DNA of 64,000 bases from an uncultured cyanobacterium (GTDB lineage Bacteria; Cyanobacteriota; Cyanobacteriia; Cyanobacteriales; CAWCAG01): NCBI GenBank assembly GCA_963793425.1, contig CAWCAG010000005.1, positions 800,001 to 864,000 of the forward strand, written 5' to 3'. Both the position numbers and the translations under genes were made by a program. Shown piece after piece: positions 21,727 to 31,837 of this stretch. Within the stretch, counting starts at the first letter, position 1. Each line of letters begins with the position of its first letter. Under the pieces are notes generated by a model. That model was not told where the DNA came from and ran no database searches. It saw only the letters and a list, made by a program, of their open reading frames with translations.

Positions 21727-23733
21727 ATGAAAGAGAACAATTTATCATTAGCTTCATATAAAAAAGATTCAGTTCCTGCTACACAAGCAAATCTAGAAAT
21801 GAATCCAGATTTGCCACCATCGCCCCCCCAAGTATCTACAGTAGAGCGTTACGATCCCAATTTCATTAAACAACATTATCGCCGTCGTCCTCTGAAAGTA
21901 TTAGGAAGGGCTGTGGCGATTGTTGCCCCTTTTCTTTCTTTTGGGATCAAGCTATGGTTAGACAAAATTACGGGGCAAGTTGCTAAAAAACGCCAGAAAC
22001 GAGCAATTAGATTAAGAGAAGTTATAACTTCTCTTGGTCCCACCTATATTAAAATTGGTCAAGCTCTTTCGACACGCCCTGACTTGCTTCCCCCCACTTA
22101 CCTCGAAGAGCTAGTTAAGTTACAAGATCAACTACCCCCTTTCCCTAATGAAGTTGCTTTTCAGTTAATTGAAGAAGAATTGGGAAAGCATCCCCACGAA
22201 ATTTTTGAGCAACTTTCTCCTGATCCCGTTGCTGCGGCTTCTTTGGGACAGGTTTATAAGGGTAAGCTTAAAACTGGAGAAGATGTTGCTGTTAAGGTAC
22301 AACGTCCAGATTTAATTGAAAGAGTTGCTTTAGATATTTACTTAATGCGTAACTTAGCTGAGTGGGCGCAAAATAATATTAAGCGGGTACGCAGCGATTT
22401 AGTTGGTATTACTGATGAACTAGCAGCACGGATTTATGAAGAACTAGATTACTCTTTAGAAGGGCGTAATGCTGAGCATTTCGCTGAACTATACGATTAT
22501 TTACCAGAAATTTATATTCCCCAAATTTATTGGGATTATACTGCCAAGCGTGTCCTAACCATGGAATGGATTGTGGGGACGAAGTTAACCAACCTCGAAG
22601 CAATTCAAGCCCAAGGTATTGATGCTGCATATTTAGTAGAAGTGGGAGTTGAATGTTCCTTGCGGCAGTTATTAGAACATGGATTTTTCCATGCAGATCC
22701 CCATCCTGGTAATTTATTAGCTACTCCCGATGGTAAACTCGCTTACCTAGATTTTGGCATGATGAGTACCATTAAACCCCATCAACGCTATGGTTTGATT
22801 GAGGCGGTGGTTCATTTGGTTAACCGAGATTTTGAATCCCTAGCTCGTGATTATGTCAACCTGGAGTTTTTAACTCCGGATACTGATCTTAGACCCATTG
22901 TTCCTGCTTTAGCTGGGGTGTTTAATAATGCTCTTGGAGCCAGTGTTGCAGAATTAAACTTTAAGAGCATCACTGATCAAATGTCCGATGTGATGTACGA
23001 ATTTCCCTTCCGAGTGCCAGCTTATTATGCTCTGATTATCCGCTCTATGGTCACTCTCGAAGGGATAGCTATCAATATTGACCCCAACTTCAAAGTACTC
23101 AGTAAAGCCTATCCTTACATCGCTAAGCGCCTTCTCACTGATCCTTCCGAAGAGTTACGCTCTTCTTTGCGGGATCTTCTTTTCCAAGATGGTAGCTTTC
23201 GTTGGAATCGTTTAGAGAATCTTCTTCGCAATGCCCGTAGCAGTCAGGATTATGATTTTGCCAATGTTCTCAACCAAGCTATAGATTTTCTCTTTTCTTC
23301 GCGAGGGGATTTTATCCGCGATCGCTTAACCAATGAGATTGTTAAAGCTTTGGATACTTTAGGGAGGCGTAGTTGGTTTAATTTTTCTTCTGGGTTACGA
23401 CAACAGATTGGTATGGCGGTGCAGGAAACTCCTCCTGATTTAGAGGGTAATTCCCAAAGTCTTGAACATATCAAGCGTATCTGGGGTATTTTACAAGAAA
23501 CCCCTGGCTTTGAAGCTAATACTGTTTTAAACCTGATACCTAAGTTGTTAGCTAAACCCGAAACTCAAGCAATGGGACAAAAAATCGCTAGTGGTTTAGC
23601 TCAAAGGGCAGCAGCAAGATTGATTCGTCAATGGCTTTTGGAAGATGAGCTTACGAATGCCAAAGCGACTCCGAAAGTTACTGTGGTTCGAGAACAACCT
23701 CAGTTGAGCCTTCCCCCAGCAAGAGTTGTTTAG
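21727..23733 (+). CDS. ABC1/UbiB (AarF) atypical kinase
   Basis: GPTYIKIGQ, AAASLGQVY, VAVKVQRP, HADPHPGN, LDFGM. Confidence 0.95.
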   Translation: MKENNLSLASYKKDSVPATQANLEMNPDLPPSPPQVSTVERYDPNFIKQHYRRRPLKVLGRAVAIVAPFLSFGIKLWLDKITGQVAKKRQKRAIRLREVITSLGPTYIKIGQALSTRPDLLPPTYLEELVKLQDQLPPFPNEVAFQLIEEELGKHPHEIFEQLSPDPVAAASLGQVYKGKLKTGEDVAVKVQRPDLIERVALDIYLMRNLAEWAQNNIKRVRSDLVGITDELAARIYEELDYSLEGRNAEHFAELYDYLPEIYIPQIYWDYTAKRVLTMEWIVGTKLTNLEAIQAQGIDAAYLVEVGVECSLRQLLEHGFFHADPHPGNLLATPDGKLAYLDFGMMSTIKPHQRYGLIEAVVHLVNRDFESLARDYVNLEFLTPDTDLRPIVPALAGVFNNALGASVAELNFKSITDQMSDVMYEFPFRVPAYYALIIRSMVTLEGIAINIDPNFKVLSKAYPYIAKRLLTDPSEELRSSLRDLLFQDGSFRWNRLENLLRNARSSQDYDFANVLNQAIDFLFSSRGDFIRDRLTNEIVKALDTLGRRSWFNFSSGLRQQIGMAVQETPPDLEGNSQSLEHIKRIWGILQETPGFEANTVLNLIPKLLAKPETQAMGQKIASGLAQRAAARLIRQWLLEDELTNAKATPKVTVVREQPQLSLPPARVV

Positions 23734-23935
23734 GAGCTTGCTTTTTTATCCCTTGAGATAATATTATGTATATGGTAGAAAAGATGGGCCCTGAAAAGAA
23801 GTTTTTAAAAACATTCTTGGGTTTGAGAAATTCTGAAGCTTAAAAAATCGCAGCAATATTTAGTAGGAGTTGATGACAAGATTGTCTGGGGCGGGGAAAT
23901 CTCGCCCCTAGTTTTTGATAATCCCCTTAAGTATT

Positions 23936-24787
23936 ATGGCTAATTCCCTCAACCTGAAAAAGGAACATCGTTGTTTTGGCGGCAAAGTTGCTTACTATAG
24001 CCACAAATCTCAAGCTTGTAACTGTGAGATGAATTTTGCGGTTTATCTTCCTCCGCAAGCCCAATTTCAAAGAGTCCCCGTACTTTATTATCTTTCTGGT
24101 TTAACTTGCACAGAAGATAATTTTATCCTCAAAGCGGGGGCGCAACGCTGGGCAGCGGAGTATGGTTTAATGTTGGTTGCTCCTGATACCAGTCCCCGTA
24201 ATACCAATACTCCTGGAGAAGATGAAGAATGGTTTTTGGGTACTGGTGCTGGTTTTTATCTTGATGCTACTGTTGCACCCTGGCAGGAACACTATCAAAT
24301 GTATAGTTATGTGGTGCAAGAGTTACCAGATTTAATCGCAGCCAACTTTCCTGTTAAACCAGAAAAGCAAGGGATTTTTGGTCATTCTATGGGAGGACAT
24401 GGGGCCTTAATTTGTGCTTTAAAAAATCCTGGCAAGTATCAATCAGTTTCTGCTTTTGCCCCCATTGCGGCCCCAATATCTACTACATTGGGACCACAGG
24501 TATTTACTACTTATTTGGGTACGGATTGTAATTGGTGGAAGGCTTACGATGCTACTGAATTGGTGAAGGAAACTCAGCTTGATACTTTAATTCTTATCGA
24601 TCAGGGTAAAGCTGATTCTTTTTTCCTGGACAATGAACTCAAGCCTGAAGTATTTGCCCAAGCTTGTGAAGAAGTTGGTCAAACTTTGGAGTTACGTTAT
24701 CACGAAGGGTACGATCATGGTTATTTCTTTGTGAGTAGTTTTATTGAAGATCATCTGCGTCATCATAGTGAAATTTTGAATGGTTAG
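23936..24787 (+). CDS. fghA: S-formylglutathione hydrolase
   Basis: [16 protein letters not shown] nucleophile elbow, GYDHGY. Start set at the ATG at 23936. Confidence 0.93.
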   Translation: MANSLNLKKEHRCFGGKVAYYSHKSQACNCEMNFAVYLPPQAQFQRVPVLYYLSGLTCTEDNFILKAGAQRWAAEYGLMLVAPDTSPRNTNTPGEDEEWFLGTGAGFYLDATVAPWQEHYQMYSYVVQELPDLIAANFPVKPEKQGIFGHSMGGHGALICALKNPGKYQSVSAFAPIAAPISTTLGPQVFTTYLGTDCNWWKAYDATELVKETQLDTLILIDQGKADSFFLDNELKPEVFAQACEEVGQTLELRYHEGYDHGYFFVSSFIEDHLRHHSEILNG

Positions 24788-24845
24788 TTTAAAGCAGAAA
24801 GATAGAATCTATAATTAACGCGATGTTATCAAAATAATTATAAAA

Positions 24846-25832
24846 ATGTCTCGCCAAAATAGTAAAACCTTTGGAGATTGGGCTTATTTAGCGATCGCCA
24901 AACATTTCCGCAAAATGAGTAAATATGAAGCAGGGGTATTGGCAGATAAGAATCCGGAAAAATTACATAAAATGCGTATTGGTATGCGGCGTTTACGCAG
25001 TGCTATTAGTGGTTTTGCCCCGGCAATTAATTTACCTAAACCAGCTAGGGAAAAAAACGTCGCCCATATCGCCCGTAAGTTAGGAGAGTTGCGAGATCTT
25101 GATGTTTTGCAGAAGACTTTGCAAGAAGGTTATTATTCAGAGTTACCTAAAGCCGAAAGAAAGCATTTAGATAAAATTTTTAAACAGTTAGCAAAGCAAC
25201 GTCGTACAACTTTTAAAGAAGTTGAAGCTACCCTCCAAGGAAAAAAATACCAGAAGCTACAAAAATCATTTCAAGATTGGTTACAAGAACCTCAATTTCA
25301 GGCGATCGCCGCTTTAGAGGTTAAGCAGATTTTACCAGATTTGCTTTTGCCTCAAGTTAGTCAATTACTTCTTGATCCAGCTTGGTTAGTGGGTGTTAAA
25401 GTGCGAGGGGGAGAATGTATTTTTCCTGAAGAGTTAGAGCGAAAGCAAGTTGAAGAGATTTTAGCAATTCAGGAAGAGAAGCTGCACAAATTGCGTAAAC
25501 GAGCCAAAAAGACCCGCTATCAAATGGATTTATTTACCCAATTTTATGGTGAAAAATATCAAGTTTATCTCAATAAAGTTAAAGATATGCAAGGGGTGTT
25601 AGGAGAATTTCAAGATAGTTTTGTTTTGAAGGATTTTTTAAACAAGTGTTGTAATGGCAAGGTGGAAAAAGATTTGCCAACTTTGACAGCATCTCTACAA
25701 AATAAACGCTATGAGAAATGGCAAGAATGGCAAAACTTTCAAGGCTATTTTCTTGATTTAGGTAATAGAAAAGATTGGCGATTGGTGATTAATGATTGTT
25801 CTTCTGAGATGGTAGAGAAGACAGTAGAATAA
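24846..25832 (+). CDS. CHAD domain protein
   Basis: LHKMRIGMRRLRS, LGELRDLDV, LHKLRKRAKKTRY, LGEFQD. Confidence 0.92.
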   Translation: MSRQNSKTFGDWAYLAIAKHFRKMSKYEAGVLADKNPEKLHKMRIGMRRLRSAISGFAPAINLPKPAREKNVAHIARKLGELRDLDVLQKTLQEGYYSELPKAERKHLDKIFKQLAKQRRTTFKEVEATLQGKKYQKLQKSFQDWLQEPQFQAIAALEVKQILPDLLLPQVSQLLLDPAWLVGVKVRGGECIFPEELERKQVEEILAIQEEKLHKLRKRAKKTRYQMDLFTQFYGEKYQVYLNKVKDMQGVLGEFQDSFVLKDFLNKCCNGKVEKDLPTLTASLQNKRYEKWQEWQNFQGYFLDLGNRKDWRLVINDCSSEMVEKTVE

Positions 25833-25842
25833 TACTTTTTTC

Positions 25843-26592
25843 GGTTCTACCGAACTTGCAATGTGAAAGCAAAAAACAAGAAAATAGATACTCAGGCTTT
25901 AAATATATAGTTTTATGTCTATAAAGTTTATCCAGCTTGCATTATAGCTCTTTCAAAGATTAAATGATAGTAAAAATAAAACTACTATTTAGACTTAACT
26001 TATACAAATGCCATCGAATCCTCAACTAAACCTCATGACAAACTTACTTCAATTAGAAGGAGTTACCGTTAAACATTATCAGTGTATAGAGAGTATAGGC
26101 ATAGTCTTACACATAGAAAAAATAGAGAAAAAAGCTACCTGCACTAACTGCGGTGCAATAACTGAAAAACTCCATCAGAATAATCAGCTAACGATTAGAG
26201 ATTTACCTTGGGCAACTCAACCAGTGTATCTCAAAATTAATCGTCGCCAAATGAGATGCTCGCAATGTGGCAAGAAATTTAATGAATTAGACTTGAGCGA
26301 AGAGCAAAAGATTAAATTGAACCAAGTCAATAAAGTCTCACCTCTTCTGGGTAAAATGCACAGATTAAAAGAGGAATTTAGAACTATATTTGAACAGAGC
26401 CAAGACTGGAGTGAAGGATTATTAGAAATAGCTAATTGGTGCGCTCAAGCTTACTCGTATTTCCCAAAAAGCTGTGGAACAATAAGGCGTTGGATGGGAG
26501 AGATTATAGCCTACTTTGACTCCCGTACAACTCAAGGAGTAGTGGAAGGAATTAACAACAAGTTGAAGTTGATTAAGATGAAGAAAGTATAG
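25843..26592 (+). mobile_element. Degenerate ISL3-family insertion sequence (transposase internally deleted and 3'-truncated)
   Basis: ORF 26008..26592 has the ISL3 zinc finger (CTNC..., [14 protein letters not shown]) joined directly to the C-terminal part ([17 protein letters not shown]), with the DDE core missing. A GGTTCT end-like motif lies at 25843. Confidence 0.85.
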
Positions 26593-27224
26593 TTGTAGAA
26601 GATAAAAATAAAGGGTCAAGTCTACAAAAAATCTACATTACTGATTTGGCTTACACTAATCAAAAATCAACGGTAGAGAAAATTTGGCGAGTTGATTTAG
26701 AAAAAGAAATTCCTGGTATTTCAACTAAAGATGCAACACCGGAAGTAGCCTTACTAGTCTTACAAAAGTTTTCCTGCAATGAAAATACAGTAGTTGAAGC
26801 AAATGAAGAATATAGATTAACGGTAGTACTAATAGAATTAAAATCGTCCTTGCAACCAGCAAAAGAGAAGAAGGGTAAATTGAAAAACGGTTCTTTAACC
26901 CAAATAGAAAATAAGTTTAAGTGTGCTATTAATCGTATTTATCTATTGCTTACTCTCAACAATCATGGCAATCTAAATAAGGGTTATGAAAGTGCTAATA
27001 TTCATCTAGATTTTCGTGGCATTATTGCTTATAACAGAAATAAAATCCAAGGAGATGATGGAAGCGAACTTTGTCAAATTCTTAATAAAGCTAAGAAACA
27101 TCCTCTCTTGTCTTGCTCAACTATACTTAGCCCTAAAGATAAAATTGAAGTAGGTTTTTTTGCAAATCCCGACGCTGATAGTAACAGCTTTTCTATAGCC
27201 TTGGGAGATTTACTAAAAAAGTAG
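26577..27224 (+). pseudogene. 5'-truncated hypothetical protein with possible PD-(D/E)XK nuclease-like motif
   Basis: Frame is open from 26577, right at the IS junction ([13 protein letters not shown]...), with no ATG. Contains TPEVALL...VVLIELKSS. Confidence 0.5.
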
Positions 27225-27247
27225 AGACTTTTGCTTCTAAACTTGTC

Positions 27248-27865
27248 TCAAGGTTCTACAATCACAGGAGTACCCATTTCTACTTCCTTAAACAAGGCTA
27301 CTACGTCTTCGTTACGCATTCTGACGCAACCATTAGAAGCGGCTTGACCGATAGAGTCACGGTTGGGAGTACCATGAAAGCCTATGTAGTCTTTGCCATC
27401 TGTCCAAAAGCCAATCCATCTTAAACCGAGAGGACTATTTTCTCCCGGAGAGAAAACTTCTCCTGTCCAAGGATTTTCCCAAGCAGGATCAATAATCATT
27501 TGAATTATTTTATACTCTCCTTTTGGTGTAGGAGTACTATTTTTGCCAATTGCCACAGGATAGCTAACTTCTATTTCTTTACCCCGATATAAATAAACTT
27601 TGCGCTCTCTTAATTTAAGTACTAAACGTCTAGTTTGAGATACTTCTGGAAAATAGAGAGAAGCTTCTTTTAAAGGAGGTAACTTGGGCTTTAGTTTAAT
27701 GGTTTCCAGTAAGGCTTCTAATTCAGCATTCATTTCTATTTGAGCAGGATTGGAAGCCGTACTTGTCTGTTTTTGACCAACCAGTATTAAAGTAAAAATA
27801 CTAAAGCAAATAACAGATAATTTGCTCAGCCAGGCTTTAACTGAGAAGTTGAGAAGTTTATCCAT
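27248..27865 (-). CDS. L,D-transpeptidase (YkuD family)
   Basis: YPVAIGK..TPTPKG, IGFHGT and SNGCVRM catalytic His/Cys. Confidence 0.95.
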   Translation of the reverse strand: MDKLLNFSVKAWLSKLSVICFSIFTLILVGQKQTSTASNPAQIEMNAELEALLETIKLKPKLPPLKEASLYFPEVSQTRRLVLKLRERKVYLYRGKEIEVSYPVAIGKNSTPTPKGEYKIIQMIIDPAWENPWTGEVFSPGENSPLGLRWIGFWTDGKDYIGFHGTPNRDSIGQAASNGCVRMRNEDVVALFKEVEMGTPVIVEP

Positions 27866-27959
27866 CTATTTCCTGGGGCTGGTTGTTGACAATGCGGTAT
27901 TCTACTCAATGATTTGGCTATCAATTTTAAGCTGGAAAGTGCATATTCCTAAAAAAGCT

Positions 27960-28622
27960 ATGTTTAATTATTTTCTGAGAAGATTTTTTCCTCTTGTTAC
28001 TTTATTCTTTTGTTTATTTTACCTCTCTGGTTGTGATCGCGTGGCTCAAAAAGAAAAACAATTGCAAACAGAAGCAGAAATTGCTCGCGATCATCAATTT
28101 AAAAAAGAATGCCAATTATTAAGAGAAACCATGGATACAGTTAGTACCGAAATTGGCTTTCCTTCTACGAAAGTTAACTTAGATATCAAAGAAAATGCTT
28201 CACCAATTTTATTGACTGCTTCTTCTCGATTGGCCGCTAGTCATGCAGAAGAAATTCCTGAAAAAATCAAAGTTGCTTTAGAAAAGCTTTACCAATTAAA
28301 ATTAACTGAGCAATCTATTAAAAAGCATCGTGAGGAGATAACTTTCAAGCTCAACCAACTCAAAGAGATGATAGAAAGTTCCCGCCCAGAACTAGAACAA
28401 ATTAGAGAATCTGTGACTTTACTTGCTAACATTGATATAGATACCTCTTCTGCTGAGTATAAACAAGCTCAAGAATTAATTGGAAAAGCAGCTAAAGCAG
28501 AAACAGTTCCTACTAATTTAACAGCAATTAGACGACACGAAAATGAGTTAAGCGAATTAAAAATCAAGTTGTTTTCTCAACAATGTTTACTAAACAAAGA
28601 GCAAGACTCAGATATTGAATAA
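27960..28622 (+). CDS. Hypothetical lipoprotein
   Basis: From the ATG at 27960: MFNYFLRR + hydrophobic core + lipobox LSGC; helical body. Confidence 0.65.
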   Translation: MFNYFLRRFFPLVTLFFCLFYLSGCDRVAQKEKQLQTEAEIARDHQFKKECQLLRETMDTVSTEIGFPSTKVNLDIKENASPILLTASSRLAASHAEEIPEKIKVALEKLYQLKLTEQSIKKHREEITFKLNQLKEMIESSRPELEQIRESVTLLANIDIDTSSAEYKQAQELIGKAAKAETVPTNLTAIRRHENELSELKIKLFSQQCLLNKEQDSDIE

Positions 28623-28661
28623 ATATATAGCAATTGATAAATGTTTAATGTTTAATGATCA

Positions 28662-30194
28662 ATGATTTCTAAGACTCGTGGCGCGATCGCTGCCGGACAT
28701 CAGAAAACGGCAGAAGCTGGACAAGCAATGTTTGCTTTAGGAGGTAATGCTTTTGATGCTGCCGTAGCAGCAGTATTGGCTGCTTGTGTGACAGAGCCTT
28801 GTTTAACTTCAGTGGCAGGGGGAGGATTTTTACTTGCTCATACTCAAGATAATCAACAACTTTTATTTGATTTTTTTACTCAAACTCCCCAGCAAAAAAA
28901 GCCTCTTTCCCACCTTGATTTTTATCCTGTTGAAGTTAACTTTGGTGGCGCGAAGCAAATCTTTCATATTGGTAAGGGGGCAATGGCTGTGCCGGGTAAT
29001 CTGGCAGGCTTATTTACCGTACAGGAGAAGCTAGGTAAATTACCCTTTGAGGAAGTAGCCCAACCCGCTATTGATTATGCCAGTAAAGGAGTAGAAATCA
29101 GTAAGTTTCAAGACTTTTGTTTGACAATTCTCGAACCAATTATTAGCGCTTCTCCTGAGTCAAGAAACTTGTTTTTCTCTCAAGGAAAAAGATTACAAGC
29201 CGGAGATATTTTCAAAAACTCAGATTTTGCGATTACTTTAAAGCATCTAGCTAAACACGGAGTAAAAGAGTTTTATGAAGGAGAAGTTGCTCGACAGTTA
29301 GTTGAAGATTGTCAAAAACAAGGAGGACATCTAACTTTAGAAGACCTACAAAGCTACCAAGTAATTATTAGGCAACCCCTCAAAACCCATTATCGTGGCT
29401 ACCAAGTTATTACCAATCCATCTCCTAGTTCCGGGGGAACATTAATTAGTTTTTCCCTACAACTATTAGCAACAATTAACTTAGCTAACCTCGAATTTTC
29501 TAGCCAAGAACACTTACAAATTCTAGCTCAAGTAATGAGTTTAACCAATATAGCCAGGGAAAGCAAACAAGATGACTTTCCTGACAATTTCCTGGCTTTA
29601 GAACATTTACAAAACTATCAAAAAAGCTTACAACACAACGCCAATAAATTGGGCGGTACTACCCATGTTAGCGTCATTGATGAGTTAGGAAATGCTGCTA
29701 GCGTCACTACTTCTAACGGGGAAGGTTCTGGTTATATTATTCCTGGCACAGGAATTATGGTTAACAATATGCTAGGCGAAGCAGATTTAAACCCCAAAGG
29801 ATTTCATAATTGGCCAACAAATCAGCGCCTTACTTCTATGATGGCTCCCACTATTATTCTTCAAGAAAATAATCCTCAGTTTGTCCTTGGTTCGGGAGGT
29901 TCCAATCGAATCAGGACAGCAATCTTACAGGTTATTTCCAATTTAATCGATTTTAAAATGAGTTCTCAATTAGCAGTAGAAAGTCCCAGAGTACACTGGG
30001 AAAATAATTTATTCCACGTTGAACCTATGGCTAATCTAGAAGTTATTGATAACCTCAAATTACCAAACTCTAGCCAAGTCGTTTTATGGCCAGAAAAAAA
30101 TATGTTTTTTGGTGGAGTTCATGGAGTAGAAGTTACTAATAACGCCCTATTTGGTGCAGGAGATTCTCGGCGTATGGGAGTATTTCTGAAGTAA
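28662..30194 (+). CDS. ggt: Gamma-glutamyltransferase
   Basis: GGNAFDAAVA, GTTHVSVID (autocleavage Thr), NNMLG, GSGGS. Confidence 0.93.
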   Translation: MISKTRGAIAAGHQKTAEAGQAMFALGGNAFDAAVAAVLAACVTEPCLTSVAGGGFLLAHTQDNQQLLFDFFTQTPQQKKPLSHLDFYPVEVNFGGAKQIFHIGKGAMAVPGNLAGLFTVQEKLGKLPFEEVAQPAIDYASKGVEISKFQDFCLTILEPIISASPESRNLFFSQGKRLQAGDIFKNSDFAITLKHLAKHGVKEFYEGEVARQLVEDCQKQGGHLTLEDLQSYQVIIRQPLKTHYRGYQVITNPSPSSGGTLISFSLQLLATINLANLEFSSQEHLQILAQVMSLTNIARESKQDDFPDNFLALEHLQNYQKSLQHNANKLGGTTHVSVIDELGNAASVTTSNGEGSGYIIPGTGIMVNNMLGEADLNPKGFHNWPTNQRLTSMMAPTIILQENNPQFVLGSGGSNRIRTAILQVISNLIDFKMSSQLAVESPRVHWENNLFHVEPMANLEVIDNLKLPNSSQVVLWPEKNMFFGGVHGVEVTNNALFGAGDSRRMGVFLK

Positions 30195-30220
30195 TAAGTA
30201 ATAAGTAATAAGTAATAAGT
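30192..30220. repeat. Short tandem heptamer repeat (TAATAAG)n, STRR-like
   Basis: About 4 copies directly after the ggt stop; similar arrays near 7876, 30270, 37508, 43750, 57287 and 58911. Confidence 0.85.
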
Positions 30221-30306
30221 TTGAAAATTTTCTCTAGCCTGACGGCAACCCTCCGCGCACTGTGTTGGTAATTAGCGATTAGCAACTAGCAACTAGCAAT
30301 TAGCCA

Positions 30307-30411
30307 TCACTTTTGTGTCCAAAAAGTAGTAAACATCATCAACATCGCACCTATAAAAATTATCACTCCAAGTCCACCAGCAATATAGTTTAGTAATTCA
30401 GTATTTTCCAT
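30307..30411 (-). CDS. Putative 34-aa single-pass membrane protein (not in the ORF track)
   Basis: Manual translation MENTELLNYIAGGLGVIIFIGAMLMMFTTFWTQK*; one clear hydrophobic helix; co-oriented downstream of queG. Confidence 0.5.
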   Translation of the reverse strand: MENTELLNYIAGGLGVIIFIGAMLMMFTTFWTQK

Positions 30412-30467
30412 AATTTCAACCATAAATGTTTAATGTAGCCTAACGGCAACGCTTACGCGAATAATGT

Positions 30468-31400
30468 TCAATGTTCAATGATATTAGCATTGGCATTCCT
30501 TCGTAACATTTTAGGCTTAATTCTCCTCAAAGCTGAAGCAGGAAATCTTTGTTGCCATTCTTCTTCGGTAATTTCTGCTAATTCTGTTAATTTGGGAGCA
30601 ACATTACCAGGATAGGGTTGAAAATCTTCCACATCAGTTTCTTGAGCAAAACGCTGATTCCAAGGACAAACATCTTGACAAATATCACAACCTGCTACCC
30701 ATCCTTCTAAATGGGGTTGGACTGATTTTGGTAACTCCGTATCTCGATTTTCGATGGTATGATAAGCAATGCAGCGATTAGCATCCACAACAAAAGGTTG
30801 GACAATAGCATCCGTAGGACAAGCTTCTAAACAGCGAGTACAAGTGCCGCAATGTTCTGTATGGGGAGTATCCGGTGATAAGACTAAATTAGTAACTATT
30901 TCCCCTAAAAACACCCAACTACCATATTCTCTCGTAATTAAATTACTATTTTTAGCCACCCAGCCAATTCCTGCTTGTTGGCTCCAAAATTTATCTTGTA
31001 TTGGCGCAGTATCAACATAATAACGTGCTGTCACCTCTTCTTCTTTCCCTTCTTCCTGCAACCAAGCCGTCAAAGCTTTCAGTTTCTTCTGCATAACTTT
31101 GTGATAATCCCTTCCCCAACCATAACGGGATATTTTCCCGTATTTTTTCCCTTCTGGTCGCTGATGGGGGGTATAGTAATTCAGAGCCAGACAAATCACT
31201 GATTTAGCCTCTGGCAGCTCGAAGCGCTTAGGATGAGCCATCCAAGCCATATTAGCTTGATACCCCAAACTTAACCAATTCTGAAGGGAAGCAGCAGCAG
31301 CCTGGTGAGACTCAGTTGCCGCTTCAACAGAAGCAACACCTACTTCATGAAAACCAATAGCTAGAGCTTGTTCTTTAAGTAAAGAACTATCAATGTTCAC
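30468..31400 (-). CDS. queG: Epoxyqueuosine reductase QueG
   Basis: ISRYGWGRDYH, CGTCTRCLEACPT and GCDICQDVCPWN Fe-S motifs. Start set at the GTG at 31400. Confidence 0.95.
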   Translation of the reverse strand: MNIDSSLLKEQALAIGFHEVGVASVEAATESHQAAAASLQNWLSLGYQANMAWMAHPKRFELPEAKSVICLALNYYTPHQRPEGKKYGKISRYGWGRDYHKVMQKKLKALTAWLQEEGKEEEVTARYYVDTAPIQDKFWSQQAGIGWVAKNSNLITREYGSWVFLGEIVTNLVLSPDTPHTEHCGTCTRCLEACPTDAIVQPFVVDANRCIAYHTIENRDTELPKSVQPHLEGWVAGCDICQDVCPWNQRFAQETDVEDFQPYPGNVAPKLTELAEITEEEWQQRFPASALRRIKPKMLRRNANANIIEH

Positions 31401-31405
31401 TGTAC

Positions 31406-31834
31406 TTAAGTTTGCTTTATTTCTGGTAGAGTAGTTTCCAATTTTAAACAATTACGACCATTTACTTGTAAGCGGTATTCCACTCTATCCATCAAACGGT
31501 TCATAATTAACCAACCATAACCGCCTTCTTGCTTATCATCAGGTTTCGGCGGCAAATAGGTTGAGAGATCAAAACCCTTGCCGTAGTCCCAAATTTCTAC
31601 AGCAATATCCCGCTCTTTCAATTCTAGGCAAACTAAAACAGGTAAATTGGGTTGATCCTTATGGGCATGACGTACTACGTTCGAGTAAGCTTCTACTAAG
31701 GCTAAGCGTATCCGATTTTGTTGACTAGGCCAATCAACAGAATCACCTAACTCTAGAGTCAAAGAGTCAATTAACCAACACTCAACAACCTTGAGAAACT
31801 TCAACTCACTTGGTACGTGTAGTTCAGTCTTCAT
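31406..31834 (-). CDS. Anti-sigma factor / Ser-Thr kinase (RsbW-like HATPase_c)
   Basis: LALVEAYSNVVRHA, DYGKGFD, EGGYGW. Confidence 0.9.
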   Translation of the reverse strand: MKTELHVPSELKFLKVVECWLIDSLTLELGDSVDWPSQQNRIRLALVEAYSNVVRHAHKDQPNLPVLVCLELKERDIAVEIWDYGKGFDLSTYLPPKPDDKQEGGYGWLIMNRLMDRVEYRLQVNGRNCLKLETTLPEIKQT

Positions 31835-31837
31835 CAA

